A stretch of DNA of 64,000 nucleotides from the sequence record SRR9188677_110, one strand, 5' to 3'. Position numbers and translations under genes: made by a program. How positions within the stretch are numbered: position 1 is the stretch's first letter; the number at the start of each line of letters is the position of its first letter. This document shows, piece after piece, positions 30,409 to 41,216 of the stretch. The notes under the pieces are model-generated. The model was not told the DNA's origin. It made no database searches and saw only the letters and a list, made by a program, of their open reading frames with translations.

Positions 30409-31977
30409 ATGAGAAAGATATATATCACATTGGGAGTTTTGTTGGCAGCTATGATTGTAATGGCGTATTTATATTTTTCTAACTTAAATATAGAAACCAG
30501 CGCAAACGACACCTCTTTAAGTGCTGCTAGCAAAAATGCTACACTTATTTTTGCTTTTGAAAACGAAAAAAGCTTTTATGAAATTTTAAGCGGACAAGAA
30601 CTTTTACAGCAGGTACTTGGAGAGAATAAATCGGCGCAACTTAAGGCTTTAAAAGATGAGGTCATTGGCATTAAAGATGTAAATGATGCATTAGATGATC
30701 AAAAAGTTTATGTAAGCATTTTACCAGGACTTAACCAAACTGTTGATTATTTGATCAGCACCCAGCTTAAAGCTAACGTAGATACAGAAAATCTTTTGCT
30801 TCAACTTAAAAACAAAGGTTTACTTAGCAAAAAAGACAAGTATTATCAACTTACGCTCAATGATAGCTTAAATTGTTATATCGGCTTGGCTGAAAAACTT
30901 GTGCTAATTAGCAATAGTCAAACTGCTATAGCTAATGGATTAAATGCGAATAGCAAACCAGATAGTCAATTTATCAATTACATTAAAGCGAACAACCGAT
31001 TCAATAAAAACACCTTAGCTAATTTATACATCAATTTTACGCACAGTAAGGGATTATTAAAAAGTATAATTAATGGCAATATTAATGGCGAGCTATCTGT
31101 ATTTGATCAAAACACTTATGCTGCCCTAAGCTATAACTTCAGTAAAGAAAAGCTACTTTTTAATGGACATACAGATATCAATGATGAAAATAGTTTTTAT
31201 CAACTATTTAAAACTATGCCAGAGCAAAAAAATTTAATAGTTTCGATTTTACCAAGCCAAACAGCCAATTATACCTCCTATAGCATTACTGATTATCCTA
31301 ATTGGAGACAACGCTTAAAAGCACTGTTTAAGGATGCAGAATCCAAAAATATTGAAAAACAACTTACGGATATAAAGCAAAATTATCGTATAGATTTAAA
31401 TCAAGTTTTTGATGATTATTTCAAAAACCAAATAATCTCTTTTCAACTCAAATCAGGAGAAAAATTTGGTGCAATTAATTTAAAAAATGGAGATAAAGTA
31501 AGTCAATTATTGCTTGATTTAAGTGAGGAATACACACCTGATGTACGAATTTTTAAAGCTGAAAAAATACCCTATGCCTTTTTTGGCGAACCTTTTAAAA
31601 AATTTGAAAGGCCGTTTTATACCATTATTGATAATTATATGGTAATAGCAAATAACGCTAGTAGCATACAGTCTTTTTTAAATAGCTATAAAAACAATCA
31701 GTTGCTCATCAATGATGATGCTTATATGGATTTTAGTGATCAACTTTCAAATTCGTCAACAATATGCTTTTATGTTAACCATAAAAATTCTACCCCAATT
31801 TTTAGCAGAAATCTAATTCCAACTTATTTTAAGTATATTCAATCGGCTAACGGACTAAAAGATTTTAATGCTTTTTGCTACCAATTATCGGCTGATAATG
31901 GTAGATTTATCAGCAACCTATTGTTATTTAAAGATCTAATTAAAACAGATACCACTATCGTTAAAATATCTCCATAA
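30409..31977 (+). CDS. Membrane-anchored hypothetical protein (DUF3352-like)
   Basis: Single N-terminal TM, 522 aa; family assignment tentative. Confidence 0.55.
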   Translation: MRKIYITLGVLLAAMIVMAYLYFSNLNIETSANDTSLSAASKNATLIFAFENEKSFYEILSGQELLQQVLGENKSAQLKALKDEVIGIKDVNDALDDQKVYVSILPGLNQTVDYLISTQLKANVDTENLLLQLKNKGLLSKKDKYYQLTLNDSLNCYIGLAEKLVLISNSQTAIANGLNANSKPDSQFINYIKANNRFNKNTLANLYINFTHSKGLLKSIINGNINGELSVFDQNTYAALSYNFSKEKLLFNGHTDINDENSFYQLFKTMPEQKNLIVSILPSQTANYTSYSITDYPNWRQRLKALFKDAESKNIEKQLTDIKQNYRIDLNQVFDDYFKNQIISFQLKSGEKFGAINLKNGDKVSQLLLDLSEEYTPDVRIFKAEKIPYAFFGEPFKKFERPFYTIIDNYMVIANNASSIQSFLNSYKNNQLLINDDAYMDFSDQLSNSSTICFYVNHKNSTPIFSRNLIPTYFKYIQSANGLKDFNAFCYQLSADNGRFISNLLLFKDLIKTDTTIVKISP

Positions 31978-33396
31978 ATGACTAAAAGACTTTTTCTATT
32001 TTACATCCTTTATATTTTAAGCTTTAATACTATAAAAGCACAACAATATGGTTTGTTCAATACACAAACCTTATTTGATGCTTTTGAAAACCCAGCTATA
32101 AAATCGTTTACATTAGATAGTTCAAGAAAATTTGCATCAAACTTTTTTTTTCCAAACTTTTCTATTCATGCTACCAATACAGGCAGCTCATCTAGTGTAA
32201 TAAGAAAGGCAGTAAATACAGGTATTTTAGATACTAGAAGCCTAACTCTAGGAACAAGTGAACTAAATAAGATTAACCAAAATAGTAATATTTATATCGC
32301 TACTTTAAAAATCTTTAGTTCTTATAAATACAATCAAGAAGTTGGACTTGCTTGGCAGGTTAGATCAGATGCAACAATTGATTATACAAACGAGACTCTA
32401 GCCATATTAGACTCATACAAGAGATTTAATGGCAACCCTATTTCAAATGCTTTCAATAACGATGGATATCAGCAATCTTACCATCAGTTCAGCATTAGTG
32501 TAAGAGAAAATTTTAATCAAAGGTTGGCTTTTGGTGTAAAAATGAGTTTGCTTAGTGGTATCGCCTATAATTCTTTAAAAATTAATCAATCTTATTTGTA
32601 TGCCGACGGTGATAATGACCAATTAATAGTTGGTATTAGGGGTACCTATAGGGGTAATTTTTTATATAATGATGAAATTGAGCGAAAAATGTTATATCCA
32701 ACGTTTAAAAATCCAGGAGCATCAATTAGTTTAGGTACAACTTATCAGTCCAGATCTGGTATTTTTATCATGGCCAATGTAAAAGATTTAGGTTTTATAA
32801 AATGGAACAATCAAAGCCATTCTATAGGTTTTAATACCACAAAATACATTACCGATTTATCTACTAAAAGCAGCAATGATGTAGTAGAAGAAATAACAGA
32901 CATTTTGAAAAATGCTGATAGCCAATCAGGCTTTATTACACCAACCAATGCTAAGGCAGATTTCCTTATCTCAAAAACCTTTGGTTTATATACTCCTAAC
33001 CTGATCATATCTAAAAATCTTTTTTACAATGGAGGGGATGTTGCTTTTGTAAATAGATTTAATTACAAAAACTTATCTGCAAGTGTAACGCCAGCTTATA
33101 GTTTTAATAATTACTTTATGGTAGGTTTACAAGGCATGTATCGCACCCCTAATTTCGAATTCTTTTTAGGTACCGCTAACCTTGGCAAAAGTTTTTCTTT
33201 AGCAAATGGTGTTTACAAAAATGATGCGAGCATAGGTAGTGGATATAATGCTGCTTCATTCTACATGGGTTTGGGCATAAAATTCGGCCAAGTAGTAAAT
33301 CATCCTTCAAATTTTAGCACCATGCCAGGGGTAAACGGCGAAAAGGTATACAAAGGTATTTTCAGAAGTATGTTTAATTTCTTTAAGAAAAATTAA
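31978..33396 (+). CDS. Outer-membrane beta-barrel protein (DUF5723-like)
   Basis: Signal peptide, ENPA motif, DLGFIKW motif. Confidence 0.6.
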   Translation: MTKRLFLFYILYILSFNTIKAQQYGLFNTQTLFDAFENPAIKSFTLDSSRKFASNFFFPNFSIHATNTGSSSSVIRKAVNTGILDTRSLTLGTSELNKINQNSNIYIATLKIFSSYKYNQEVGLAWQVRSDATIDYTNETLAILDSYKRFNGNPISNAFNNDGYQQSYHQFSISVRENFNQRLAFGVKMSLLSGIAYNSLKINQSYLYADGDNDQLIVGIRGTYRGNFLYNDEIERKMLYPTFKNPGASISLGTTYQSRSGIFIMANVKDLGFIKWNNQSHSIGFNTTKYITDLSTKSSNDVVEEITDILKNADSQSGFITPTNAKADFLISKTFGLYTPNLIISKNLFYNGGDVAFVNRFNYKNLSASVTPAYSFNNYFMVGLQGMYRTPNFEFFLGTANLGKSFSLANGVYKNDASIGSGYNAASFYMGLGIKFGQVVNHPSNFSTMPGVNGEKVYKGIFRSMFNFFKKN

Positions 33397-34079
33397 ACTT
33401 TATTTTTTGGGGTAGTAAACACAAAGTCCTTCAAATAAAAAGGCTCAAAGTAAGCTACATCTTCGTAATTTTTATCAATAAATGCCTGATAAGCTAAACT
33501 GCTCATATTGATCGCATCATTATAATTATCTGCATTAAAATGGGCATTTTGGTGAGCTAAAATATCCGCACATTTTGCTGCACCATCGCCAATAAAGGTT
33601 ACAAAATGCTGATCTAAAAAGAATATAAAACTCTTTTCATCAACTATTTTAGCATTAACTGCTTCTACCAAAGTTAATTGATGATCGTAAACTGCAGTAA
33701 ATACCTCCATTCTTCTGGCATCAATCATAGGGCAAATTAAACCACCGTAATTCGGGTGTTTGCTCAAAAATCCATTGGCCATCATCTCCAAAGTATTTAT
33801 TGCTATTAACGGCTTATCTAATGCAAAACATAAACCCTTGGCTGTTGACACCCCGATGCGCAACCCAGTATAAGACCCTGGGCCTTTACTTACAGCAATC
33901 GCATCCAAATCGGCATATTTTAAATTGGCTTGTTGCATTACCTCATCAATAAACAAGGTTAATTTTGCTGCGTGTATATTTGGTGCTGCTTCAGCTTTAA
34001 AAGCAATAGTTTCGCCGTTAACCGCTATTGCAACAGCGCAAACTGGCGTAGCAGTTTCTATTTGTAAAATGGTTGCCAT
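33393..34079 (-). CDS. tsaB: tRNA threonylcarbamoyladenosine biosynthesis protein TsaB
   Basis: LQIETAT, GPGSYTGLRIG, IDARRMEVF. Confidence 0.95.
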   Translation of the reverse strand: MATILQIETATPVCAVAIAVNGETIAFKAEAAPNIHAAKLTLFIDEVMQQANLKYADLDAIAVSKGPGSYTGLRIGVSTAKGLCFALDKPLIAINTLEMMANGFLSKHPNYGGLICPMIDARRMEVFTAVYDHQLTLVEAVNAKIVDEKSFIFFLDQHFVTFIGDGAAKCADILAHQNAHFNADNYNDAINMSSLAYQAFIDKNYEDVAYFEPFYLKDFVFTTPKNKV

Positions 34080-34160
34080 GCTGCAAATGTAATAAAAAGG
34101 TAGATGGTAAAAGGTTTAAAGGTTGAAGATTTGAAAGCCTTTTATTTGGAGGCTGGGTGG

Positions 34161-34391
34161 TTATGGCACCGGATCATGCCCATGTTTACCCCAAGGATGG
34201 CAGCTTGCAATTCGTTTTAAAGTTAGCCAGCCACCGTAAAACGGACCATGCTTTTTAATCGCTTCTATGCCATAAGCAGAACAAGTTGGGGTAAACCTAC
34301 AACTAGCTCCCAACAGTGGCGAAAGTAAAATTTGATAGAGCCTAATGATACCTAAAAATAGCCACGAGAATATGAGCTTAATTACTTTCAT
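34161..34391 (-). CDS. yidD: Membrane protein insertion efficiency factor
   Basis: [23 protein letters not shown]. Confidence 0.95.
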   Translation of the reverse strand: MKVIKLIFSWLFLGIIRLYQILLSPLLGASCRFTPTCSAYGIEAIKKHGPFYGGWLTLKRIASCHPWGKHGHDPVP

Positions 34392-34773
34392 TGGCTTTAA
34401 TATGGGTTGTTAATTTTTTGAGCGCAACAGCAAGCTTTTTTTCAAAAAACGAATAGTCGTAAATTTGCTTGCCTATGTATTGTAAAGATAACAATAGCAC
34501 TTCTTCTCTATCTTCTAAAGCAGAATATAAAAGACTTTCTTTCTGTAAACGATAAGCTTCTCTAGTCCTGCGTTTAATCAAATTCCGATCAACGGCAAGT
34601 TTATACCGCTTTTTAGCAACGTTAATTACCACTTTTACTGGGTAAGTATGTGGCTCGGCAATAGAAAGAATGGTAACCCTAAATGGGTAAAATAAAAAAG
34701 AAGAACCGTTTTTGAATAGCAAGTCTAATGACTTTTTGCTACACAACCGTTCTTCTTTATTAAATTTGTTCAT
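34378..34773 (-). CDS. rnpA: Ribonuclease P protein component
   Basis: [27 protein letters not shown] (RNR motif); position between rpmH and yidD. Confidence 0.93.
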   Translation of the reverse strand: MNKFNKEERLCSKKSLDLLFKNGSSFLFYPFRVTILSIAEPHTYPVKVVINVAKKRYKLAVDRNLIKRRTREAYRLQKESLLYSALEDREEVLLLSLQYIGKQIYDYSFFEKKLAVALKKLTTHIKANESN

Positions 34774-34858
34774 GTTTTTTGATTGCCTAAATAAGGTAAT
34801 TGCAGGTTATTATGCTGCAACAAACGCCAAAGGTATCCCTTCGGGGACAATCAAAAAA

Positions 34859-35017
34859 TTATGCTTTATGACGACGCTCGTCAGAAACTGATAATCTTTT
34901 TCTTCCTTTTGCACGGCGAGAAGCTAATACTCTTCTACCGTTTGCTGTAGCCATTCTTTCGCGGAAGCCATGTTTGTTTCTTCTCTTTCTTTGCGAAGGT
35001 TGGAATGTTCTTTTCAT
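34859..35017 (-). CDS. rpmH: 50S ribosomal protein L34
   Basis: Below ORF-track cutoff; manual translation [52 protein letters not shown]. Confidence 0.97.
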   Translation of the reverse strand: MKRTFQPSQRKRRNKHGFRERMATANGRRVLASRRAKGRKRLSVSDERRHKA

Positions 35018-35058
35018 AACTGTATAATATCTTAACTAGAGTTTTTAAATAAGAGGTG

Positions 35059-35066
35059 CAAATATA
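35059..35066 (-). promoter_or_regulatory. Bacteroidota housekeeping -7 promoter box for rpmH operon
   Basis: TATATTTG matches TAnnTTTG, about 40 bp upstream of rpmH ATG. Confidence 0.6.
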
Positions 35067-35220
35067 ACGCGATTTTATTAAAAATGCAAGCTAGCACTGT
35101 TTTTATTTTAATTAATTTTAAATGGGTTAAACTTCACTAAAGCATTACCTAATTTTACAAGCTAACAGGTTGCGTAAATCTTGCCATTAGCAAAGCAAAT
35201 GTAGTAATAAAGGGCAAATG

Positions 35221-35399
35221 TAGTCCCGCCATGCGTTTTACTTCGTGGCGAAAAAACCCCTGCATTAGCCAATAGCATGATAGCTATTTTAAACTATGCC
35301 GGTTTACTTAAATATGTAGCACTGGCTTTTGTGAGCTAAACCCGGGTGCAGCGTAAATACCCCCGATTATTCGGGGGATTGAAGCGAAAAACGGGACTA
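35221..35399. repeat. About 180-bp intergenic REP/MITE-like element with terminal inverted repeats
   Basis: TAGTCCCG ... CGGGACTA ends; internal hairpin CCCCCGA-TTAT-TCGGGGG (35360-35377); GC-richer than flanks. Confidence 0.5.
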
Positions 35400-35427
35400 A
35401 CGTTAATTTTTGCTGTTGACTGCTTTT

Positions 35428-36162
35428 CTATAAACCTAAAGCTGCTTTTAACTTTACATAACCTGTTTTGCTTACGGGCAACCAAATGTCCGACTTTAAC
35501 AAAACCACATAACTATCTTTTTCTTTCAACTCTATTTTAGTAACCTGCGCCAGGTTAATGATGTACGAACGATGAATGCGAATAAACTGTGCAGGATCTA
35601 AGCTCTGCTCAAAAAAACTCATGGTTTTATTTTTATGAAAGTTGCCTTGGGCGGTATTAATCTTCACATAATCATCGTCGGCCTCGATATAATTAAGCTC
35701 TGCAACTGGAATAATTTTAATGACGCCAGCGCTTTTAACCACTATCCTATTGTTTTGTGCTGGCGATAAAGCCGCGGTATCTAACAATTGGTTACTGGTT
35801 TCGCCCTTGGCCAACTTACTTGGAAGCTTTTGCATGGCTTGGTCAAACCTAGTTTTTTCTATAGGTTTTAGCAGGTAATCAACTGCGTTAACTTCAAAAG
35901 CTTTAATGGCATACTCATCAAATGCGGTAGTAAAAATTACTGCTGGATGCTTTTCTACCAGCTCCAACATCTCAAAACCACTAATTTTTGGCATTTGTAT
36001 ATCTAAAAAAATAAAATCTGGTTGGTGTTGGGTAATCGCTTTCAAACCCTCAAAACCATCACTGCATTCTGCTACAATTTCAATATCAGGGTACGATTGC
36101 AGATAATGTTTAACTACATCCCTAGCTAAAGCTTCATCATCAATTAATATCGTTTTTATCAT
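35428..36162 (-). CDS. LytTR-family response regulator
   Basis: REC (FLDIQMP, AVDYLLKP) plus LytTR (FIRIHRSYIIN). Confidence 0.95.
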   Translation of the reverse strand: MIKTILIDDEALARDVVKHYLQSYPDIEIVAECSDGFEGLKAITQHQPDFIFLDIQMPKISGFEMLELVEKHPAVIFTTAFDEYAIKAFEVNAVDYLLKPIEKTRFDQAMQKLPSKLAKGETSNQLLDTAALSPAQNNRIVVKSAGVIKIIPVAELNYIEADDDYVKINTAQGNFHKNKTMSFFEQSLDPAQFIRIHRSYIINLAQVTKIELKEKDSYVVLLKSDIWLPVSKTGYVKLKAALGL

Positions 36163-37201
36163 TTTTCTGAGGTATTTTTAGGGTAGTAATGTATAAATTG
36201 TCGTTTTGGGTTTCGGTTTGCAATAAATTACTATCAGCAAAAAGCAAATATAACCTTCTTCTAATGGCCGATAGTCCAAAGCCAGTTCCTTTTGTGGTAT
36301 TCATCTCTTTATCAAAAGGATTGCATACACAAATTACCAACATATTTCCTTCTAATTTAACTTTAATTGTAATTGTAATTGCCGCAGAAGTATTATACAA
36401 ACCAAATTTAATGGCATTCTCTACAATTGGTTGTAACAAAGTGCCAGGCAAGCATTTTTGCAAAGTTTCTTCCTCAATTGTTACATCGATATTTAACCTA
36501 TGGCTAAAGCGTACCTTTTCAATATCTAAATACAATTGAATGTACTCCATTTCTTCGCTTACGCTTACCCAAACCTCATCATCACGCTTTAATGTACCTC
36601 TTAAAAAGCTTGCTAACTTCGTTATCATTTTACCAGCTTCAGTAGGATTTACAATAGTTAAAGCATAAACAGAATTTAAACTATTGAATAGGAAATGTGG
36701 TTGCAATTGGTGCCTTAGCTTATTTAATTCGGCTTCTTTGGCTAATGTTTGGGTGGCCAATAAACGTCCTTGCATTTCTGATTGTTCTTCTAGCCTGTAC
36801 CATAATAAATTGGCTAGCGCACACCAGCCTAAGCACATAAAAGCAACTATAGCCCTAATAGGGATAGAAGATTTGACGAATAAAATATAACTTTTCTCGT
36901 CTAAAAACAGGAAATGAAGGGCAAACCTGGCAAGAAAAACGGTTACAAAAGTAAGTACTACTGTTAACAGCAGCAAGAAAAACATTCTTTCGTTTTTTGG
37001 TTGATAATAGCCCAATAAGTTACTTAAAATAACACAGGCAACGGCCAATAAACCATTGCTTATTACAGTATCTGCAATAGCTAATTGCACACTAAAATTA
37101 AAAATGAAATAAAGTATTAAGCCACAAACTGCCGTCCATATAATTAACATGGCGGCAGATGCGATTTTTATTTGACTTACGGATAAAGGAGTTGTAGTCA
37201 C
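36140..37201 (-). CDS. LytS/YehU-family sensor histidine kinase
   Basis: QLQPHFLFNSLN, LQPIVENAIKFG, GTGFGL. Confidence 0.93.
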   Translation of the reverse strand: MTTTPLSVSQIKIASAAMLIIWTAVCGLILYFIFNFSVQLAIADTVISNGLLAVACVILSNLLGYYQPKNERMFFLLLLTVVLTFVTVFLARFALHFLFLDEKSYILFVKSSIPIRAIVAFMCLGWCALANLLWYRLEEQSEMQGRLLATQTLAKEAELNKLRHQLQPHFLFNSLNSVYALTIVNPTEAGKMITKLASFLRGTLKRDDEVWVSVSEEMEYIQLYLDIEKVRFSHRLNIDVTIEEETLQKCLPGTLLQPIVENAIKFGLYNTSAAITITIKVKLEGNMLVICVCNPFDKEMNTTKGTGFGLSAIRRRLYLLFADSNLLQTETQNDNLYITTLKIPQKNDKNDIN

Positions 37202-37219
37202 TGTTTAAGTTTTGATGTT

Positions 37220-37984
37220 TTAATAATTCCTGATATCTACCCCACCAAACAATGCTATTCCTTTAATTATCAACAATTTGTTATTTGATTGCGTTACCGC
37301 ATTAATACTTCTTTTATCATCTAAACCACCAAATATGGCCGTTATTTCAGATTTAACTTGCCAGCCTGATGGGATAATGACTTTTGCTCCCCCAAAAATT
37401 GCAGTAATGTCTAGCACAATTTCACCTTCAAAATCTGCTTGGGTTAAGTTAGCATCGCAGCCACCAAAAACGGCTACAATTTCTCCACCTTTAAAATTTT
37501 TCGAGTAAACCGCCTGGTGGCTACCTCCAAATACATTTACCGAATCCAAATAATCAGTTGTACTTCGTTTTTCTGCTGTTACAGACTCTTCAAAGGCCAT
37601 CCCAGCTGGTTGTTGGTCAAACCCTCTTCTCCATCTGCGTCTTTTTTTACATTCACTTTTAGGTTTAAACAAAATGAATAAGCCTAGTGCCACCAGCATT
37701 AAAGGCAATGCTACTTTAGATATGTTAAATTGATCGCCCATGGCATCTTCTAAGGTAAAATAGCTACCTACCAATACCATAATAAACCATCCACTATTTC
37801 TAAAACTGTGCTTAATACCTATGAATAAACCTAGTGCAATTAAAAATGTACTCCAACTGAATAACCAATTTGGAATGCCTGGTACTATATTATCAAGTAA
37901 TAAAACCGTACCTATAATGATGATGAATATCCCAGCCCAAGCTTTGCTAGAACGGCTGGTTAAATCTTTGTGATCTTGTTCCAT
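37220..37984 (-). CDS. LiaF-like membrane protein (cell-wall-active antibiotic response family)
   Basis: 4 TM N-terminus; C-terminal repeated xFGG beta-motifs (NVFGG, AVFGG, AIFGG, ALFGG). Confidence 0.8.
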   Translation of the reverse strand: MEQDHKDLTSRSSKAWAGIFIIIIGTVLLLDNIVPGIPNWLFSWSTFLIALGLFIGIKHSFRNSGWFIMVLVGSYFTLEDAMGDQFNISKVALPLMLVALGLFILFKPKSECKKRRRWRRGFDQQPAGMAFEESVTAEKRSTTDYLDSVNVFGGSHQAVYSKNFKGGEIVAVFGGCDANLTQADFEGEIVLDITAIFGGAKVIIPSGWQVKSEITAIFGGLDDKRSINAVTQSNNKLLIIKGIALFGGVDIRNY

Positions 37985-38067
37985 AGTTTTGTGTGCGTTA
38001 TGTATGATCCAAATGTACTACTAGCTGATAAGATAGGCAATGTGTATTAAGCCATGTACTATTTAGT

Positions 38068-38096
38068 ATCGGTAAGATGCGCTTATTAATCGGTAA
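38068..38096. promoter_or_regulatory. Putative LytTR binding direct repeat
   Basis: ATCGGTAA twice at 21-bp period, upstream of a minus-strand TACATTTG -7 box (38010-38017). Confidence 0.55.
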
Positions 38097-38144
38097 AAAA
38101 ATTACTATTTTAGTTGCTTCAATCCTTTAATGATCCACTAAATT

Positions 38145-39017
38145 ATGAAAAAAATACTTTGTCTATTGATTTTGCTATTGCCAATTTGCGTAATGGCGCA
38201 AGACATGACCCAACATTATAAAATTTACGATGTAAAGAAAGGAAAGCAAATTACACTTGATGAAATCATTAAAGATGTTAATGCCGCTAATGTGCTATTT
38301 TTTGGCGAAGAACATAACGATTCCATTGGGCATTACTTAGAAGCCGAGCTTTTTAAGCGGATGATTAATGTATATCAAAACAAAGTTGCCCTTACGATGG
38401 AAATGTTCCATACCGATGTACAGCCTATTATTGATGAGTATTTGAATGGTGTGATCAGTGAGAAAAACTTTATGAAGGAAGCAAGGGCATGGAACAATTA
38501 CACTGATTATAAACCCATGATTGAACTAGCAAAGCAAAACAAATTAAACGTAATTGGAGCCAATGCAGCTGCAAGATATAGCAATGCAGTTACTAGAGGT
38601 GGGTTGGAAAGTTTAAATAAGCTCCCAGCATCATCTAAACAATTTATTGCCCCACTACCTATTGATACCGCTACAGGCAGATATTATGACAAATTTATTG
38701 AAACCTTAGGTGGCCATAATATGGGAGGAATGAAAGTTTACCAAACCCAAAATTTTTGGGATGCTACCATGGCTTGGTCTATTGCTAAATATGCAAAGAA
38801 AAATAAAGACAAAAAGATTTTTCAGGTAAATGGTCGTTTCCATAGTGATGAGAAATTAGGCACTTTAGCAAAGCTGAAAAATTATGCACCAAAACTTAAT
38901 ATCTTAAATATCTCTTGCTTTTCAGCCGATGATTTTAATGATCCTGATTGGAAAAAGTATACAGCACTAGGTGATTATATCATTGTTACCAACCCATCTG
39001 TAAAAAGGACATTTTAA
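38145..39017 (+). CDS. ChaN-family (heme/iron-related) periplasmic protein
   Basis: Signal peptide; FFGEEHN, LTMEMF, WDATMA, NGRFHS. Confidence 0.8.
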   Translation: MKKILCLLILLLPICVMAQDMTQHYKIYDVKKGKQITLDEIIKDVNAANVLFFGEEHNDSIGHYLEAELFKRMINVYQNKVALTMEMFHTDVQPIIDEYLNGVISEKNFMKEARAWNNYTDYKPMIELAKQNKLNVIGANAAARYSNAVTRGGLESLNKLPASSKQFIAPLPIDTATGRYYDKFIETLGGHNMGGMKVYQTQNFWDATMAWSIAKYAKKNKDKKIFQVNGRFHSDEKLGTLAKLKNYAPKLNILNISCFSADDFNDPDWKKYTALGDYIIVTNPSVKRTF

Positions 39018-39122
39018 GTGTTTGTTATAAAAGCTATCGCAGACAACGCAGTACTTCTGCAGAAAGTTTAAATAACTTCAGCTGTTTGACTGTATTGTCT
39101 GCGGAGAAATATTATTGGTTGA

Positions 39123-39554
39123 TTATTTCTGTTTAAGTAAATCTCTAATTTCTGCTAAAAGCACCTCTTCTTTACTTGGTGCTGGTGGGGCAGATGGTTT
39201 AGCCTCTTCTTTACGTTTTAAGGCATTAATTCCTTTAACTAAAATGAATACAACAAGCGCTAAGAGTAAAAAATTAATAGCTACAGTAATAAAATTTCCA
39301 TAAGCAAAAATTGCAGTATCTGTAATTTTCCTTGCTTCTTCTAAACTTGTACCAGCGGGCACAACACCTTTTAAAACAATGTATTTGTCACTAAAATCTT
39401 GTTCGCCAACTATTGCAGAAACTATTGGCATTACCAAATCTTTAACTACGCTATCAATAATTTTACCGAAAGCACCACCAATAATTACTCCAACGGCAAG
39501 GTCCATTACATTACCTTTAATCGCAAACTCTTTAAATTCTTTTACAAATCCCAT
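39123..39554 (-). CDS. mscL: Large-conductance mechanosensitive channel
   Basis: [34 protein letters not shown]. Confidence 0.97.
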   Translation of the reverse strand: MGFVKEFKEFAIKGNVMDLAVGVIIGGAFGKIIDSVVKDLVMPIVSAIVGEQDFSDKYIVLKGVVPAGTSLEEARKITDTAIFAYGNFITVAINFLLLALVVFILVKGINALKRKEEAKPSAPPAPSKEEVLLAEIRDLLKQK

Positions 39555-39724
39555 AAACTGTACTTAACTTTTAATTATAAAACTCAATTAAAAGTAATAA
39601 AGTTTTACAAAATATAAAGCTGATTTGCTGTGAAATGTATTTTTTAGACATATTTGCAAGTAGATTTAACTTATATCTAAAGCAAATTGCGTATTTTTGA
39701 AATCAAAACATCTTTTCTAATACT

Positions 39725-41197
39725 ATGCTAAAGCAACATTTACAGCAAAAATTACTTCAAAAGCTATCTCCTCAACAAATACAATTTATCAAATTGTTGC
39801 AGGTACCAACGGTTGCTTTAGATACACGTATTAAAGAAGAATTGGAAGAAAATCCAGCGTTGGAAGATCCCAGCTTAATGACAGCTGAGGAACCTAAAAG
39901 TGAGTATGATGACCTAAATGAACGCGAAGATTTTAGTCAGGAATCTAGTGAAGAAGCTAGCACCGATGAATTTAATGTCGAAGATTATTTACAAGATGAC
40001 AACACCAATGATTACAGCACATCTTATAATAACGGAGACGATGATGAAGATAAAAAGGAAACCCCTATAGCAATAGAAAGTACTTTTTTTGAAAGCTTAC
40101 AAGAACAATTAGATTTAGTACCACTATCTGACACCGATTTTATTGTTGGAAAACAAATTATTGGCAGCTTGGATGATGATGGATATTTGAGAAGACCAAT
40201 CACCTCAATGATTGATGACTTAGCATTTTCTCAAAACGTAATGGTTGAAGAGGAGGATGTGCTAGAGATGTTGAAAGTTATCCAAAGTTTTGACCCCCCG
40301 GGCATTGCCGCTCGCGACTTACAAGAATGTTTATCTTTACAGTTAAGAAGAAAAGACATTAACAACCCTATCATTAAAAAAGCTATTGATATCGTTGAAA
40401 ACCACTTAGATGAGTTTACACGTAAGCATTACGATAAGCTTGAAAAATCGGTTGGACTAAACAGTGAAGAGCTTAAAGAAGTAGTTGCAGAAATTTTACG
40501 CCTAAACCCTAAACCTGGCGATTCTAACCAAGTTACTACAAAACAACTACAAATTATTCCAGATTTTCATATCAGCAATAATGATGGTGTACTAATTTTA
40601 ACATTAAATTCTAAAAACGCACCAGAATTAAGGGTTAGCCGATCATATATGGATATGTTTGATCATTATGATAAAGCTGCACAGAAAGATAAAAAACTTA
40701 AAGAAGCTGTTCAGTTTGTGAAGCAAAAGCTCGACTCGGCTAAATGGTTTATCGATGCGATAAAGCAAAGGCAACAAACCTTGCTTAAAACCATGAATGC
40801 TATAATGCATTATCAATATGAATATTTTTTAACAGCAGACGAACGGAAAATGCGTCCGATGATTTTAAAGGATATTGCTGATAAGATAGGCATGGATATT
40901 TCAACCGTTTCTCGTGTAGCTAATTCAAAATACGTACAAACTGAATTCGGAACATTTTTATTAAAATCATTTTTTTCTGAAGCAATACAAACTGAAAGTG
41001 GCGATGAAGTTTCTAATAAAGAGGTGAAAAAAATTCTGGAGGATTGCATTGGTAATGAAGACAAACGCAGGCCATTAGCAGATGAGAAGCTAACAGAGAT
41101 TTTAAAGGAACGAGGTTACAATATCGCAAGAAGAACTGTAGCTAAATATCGTGAGCAAATGAATATTCCAGTTGCTAGGTTAAGAAAAGAACTTTAG
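39725..41197 (+). CDS. rpoN: RNA polymerase sigma-54 factor
   Basis: Gln-rich region I, ELEENPALE, STVSRV, RpoN box ARRTVAKYRE. Confidence 0.97.
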   Translation: MLKQHLQQKLLQKLSPQQIQFIKLLQVPTVALDTRIKEELEENPALEDPSLMTAEEPKSEYDDLNEREDFSQESSEEASTDEFNVEDYLQDDNTNDYSTSYNNGDDDEDKKETPIAIESTFFESLQEQLDLVPLSDTDFIVGKQIIGSLDDDGYLRRPITSMIDDLAFSQNVMVEEEDVLEMLKVIQSFDPPGIAARDLQECLSLQLRRKDINNPIIKKAIDIVENHLDEFTRKHYDKLEKSVGLNSEELKEVVAEILRLNPKPGDSNQVTTKQLQIIPDFHISNNDGVLILTLNSKNAPELRVSRSYMDMFDHYDKAAQKDKKLKEAVQFVKQKLDSAKWFIDAIKQRQQTLLKTMNAIMHYQYEYFLTADERKMRPMILKDIADKIGMDISTVSRVANSKYVQTEFGTFLLKSFFSEAIQTESGDEVSNKEVKKILEDCIGNEDKRRPLADEKLTEILKERGYNIARRTVAKYREQMNIPVARLRKEL

Positions 41198-41216
41198 GCC
41201 CATAGGAAGTTATTAA

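Noticed and set aside
34836-34847. TCCC-TTCG-GGGA mini-hairpin between rpmH and rnpA
   Set aside because: A 4-bp stem is too short to assign a function from sequence alone.
34161-35220. Replication origin near rpmH-rnpA-yidD
   Set aside because: No dnaA, dnaN, yidC or mnmE adjacent, and I saw no cluster of TTATCCACA-type boxes.
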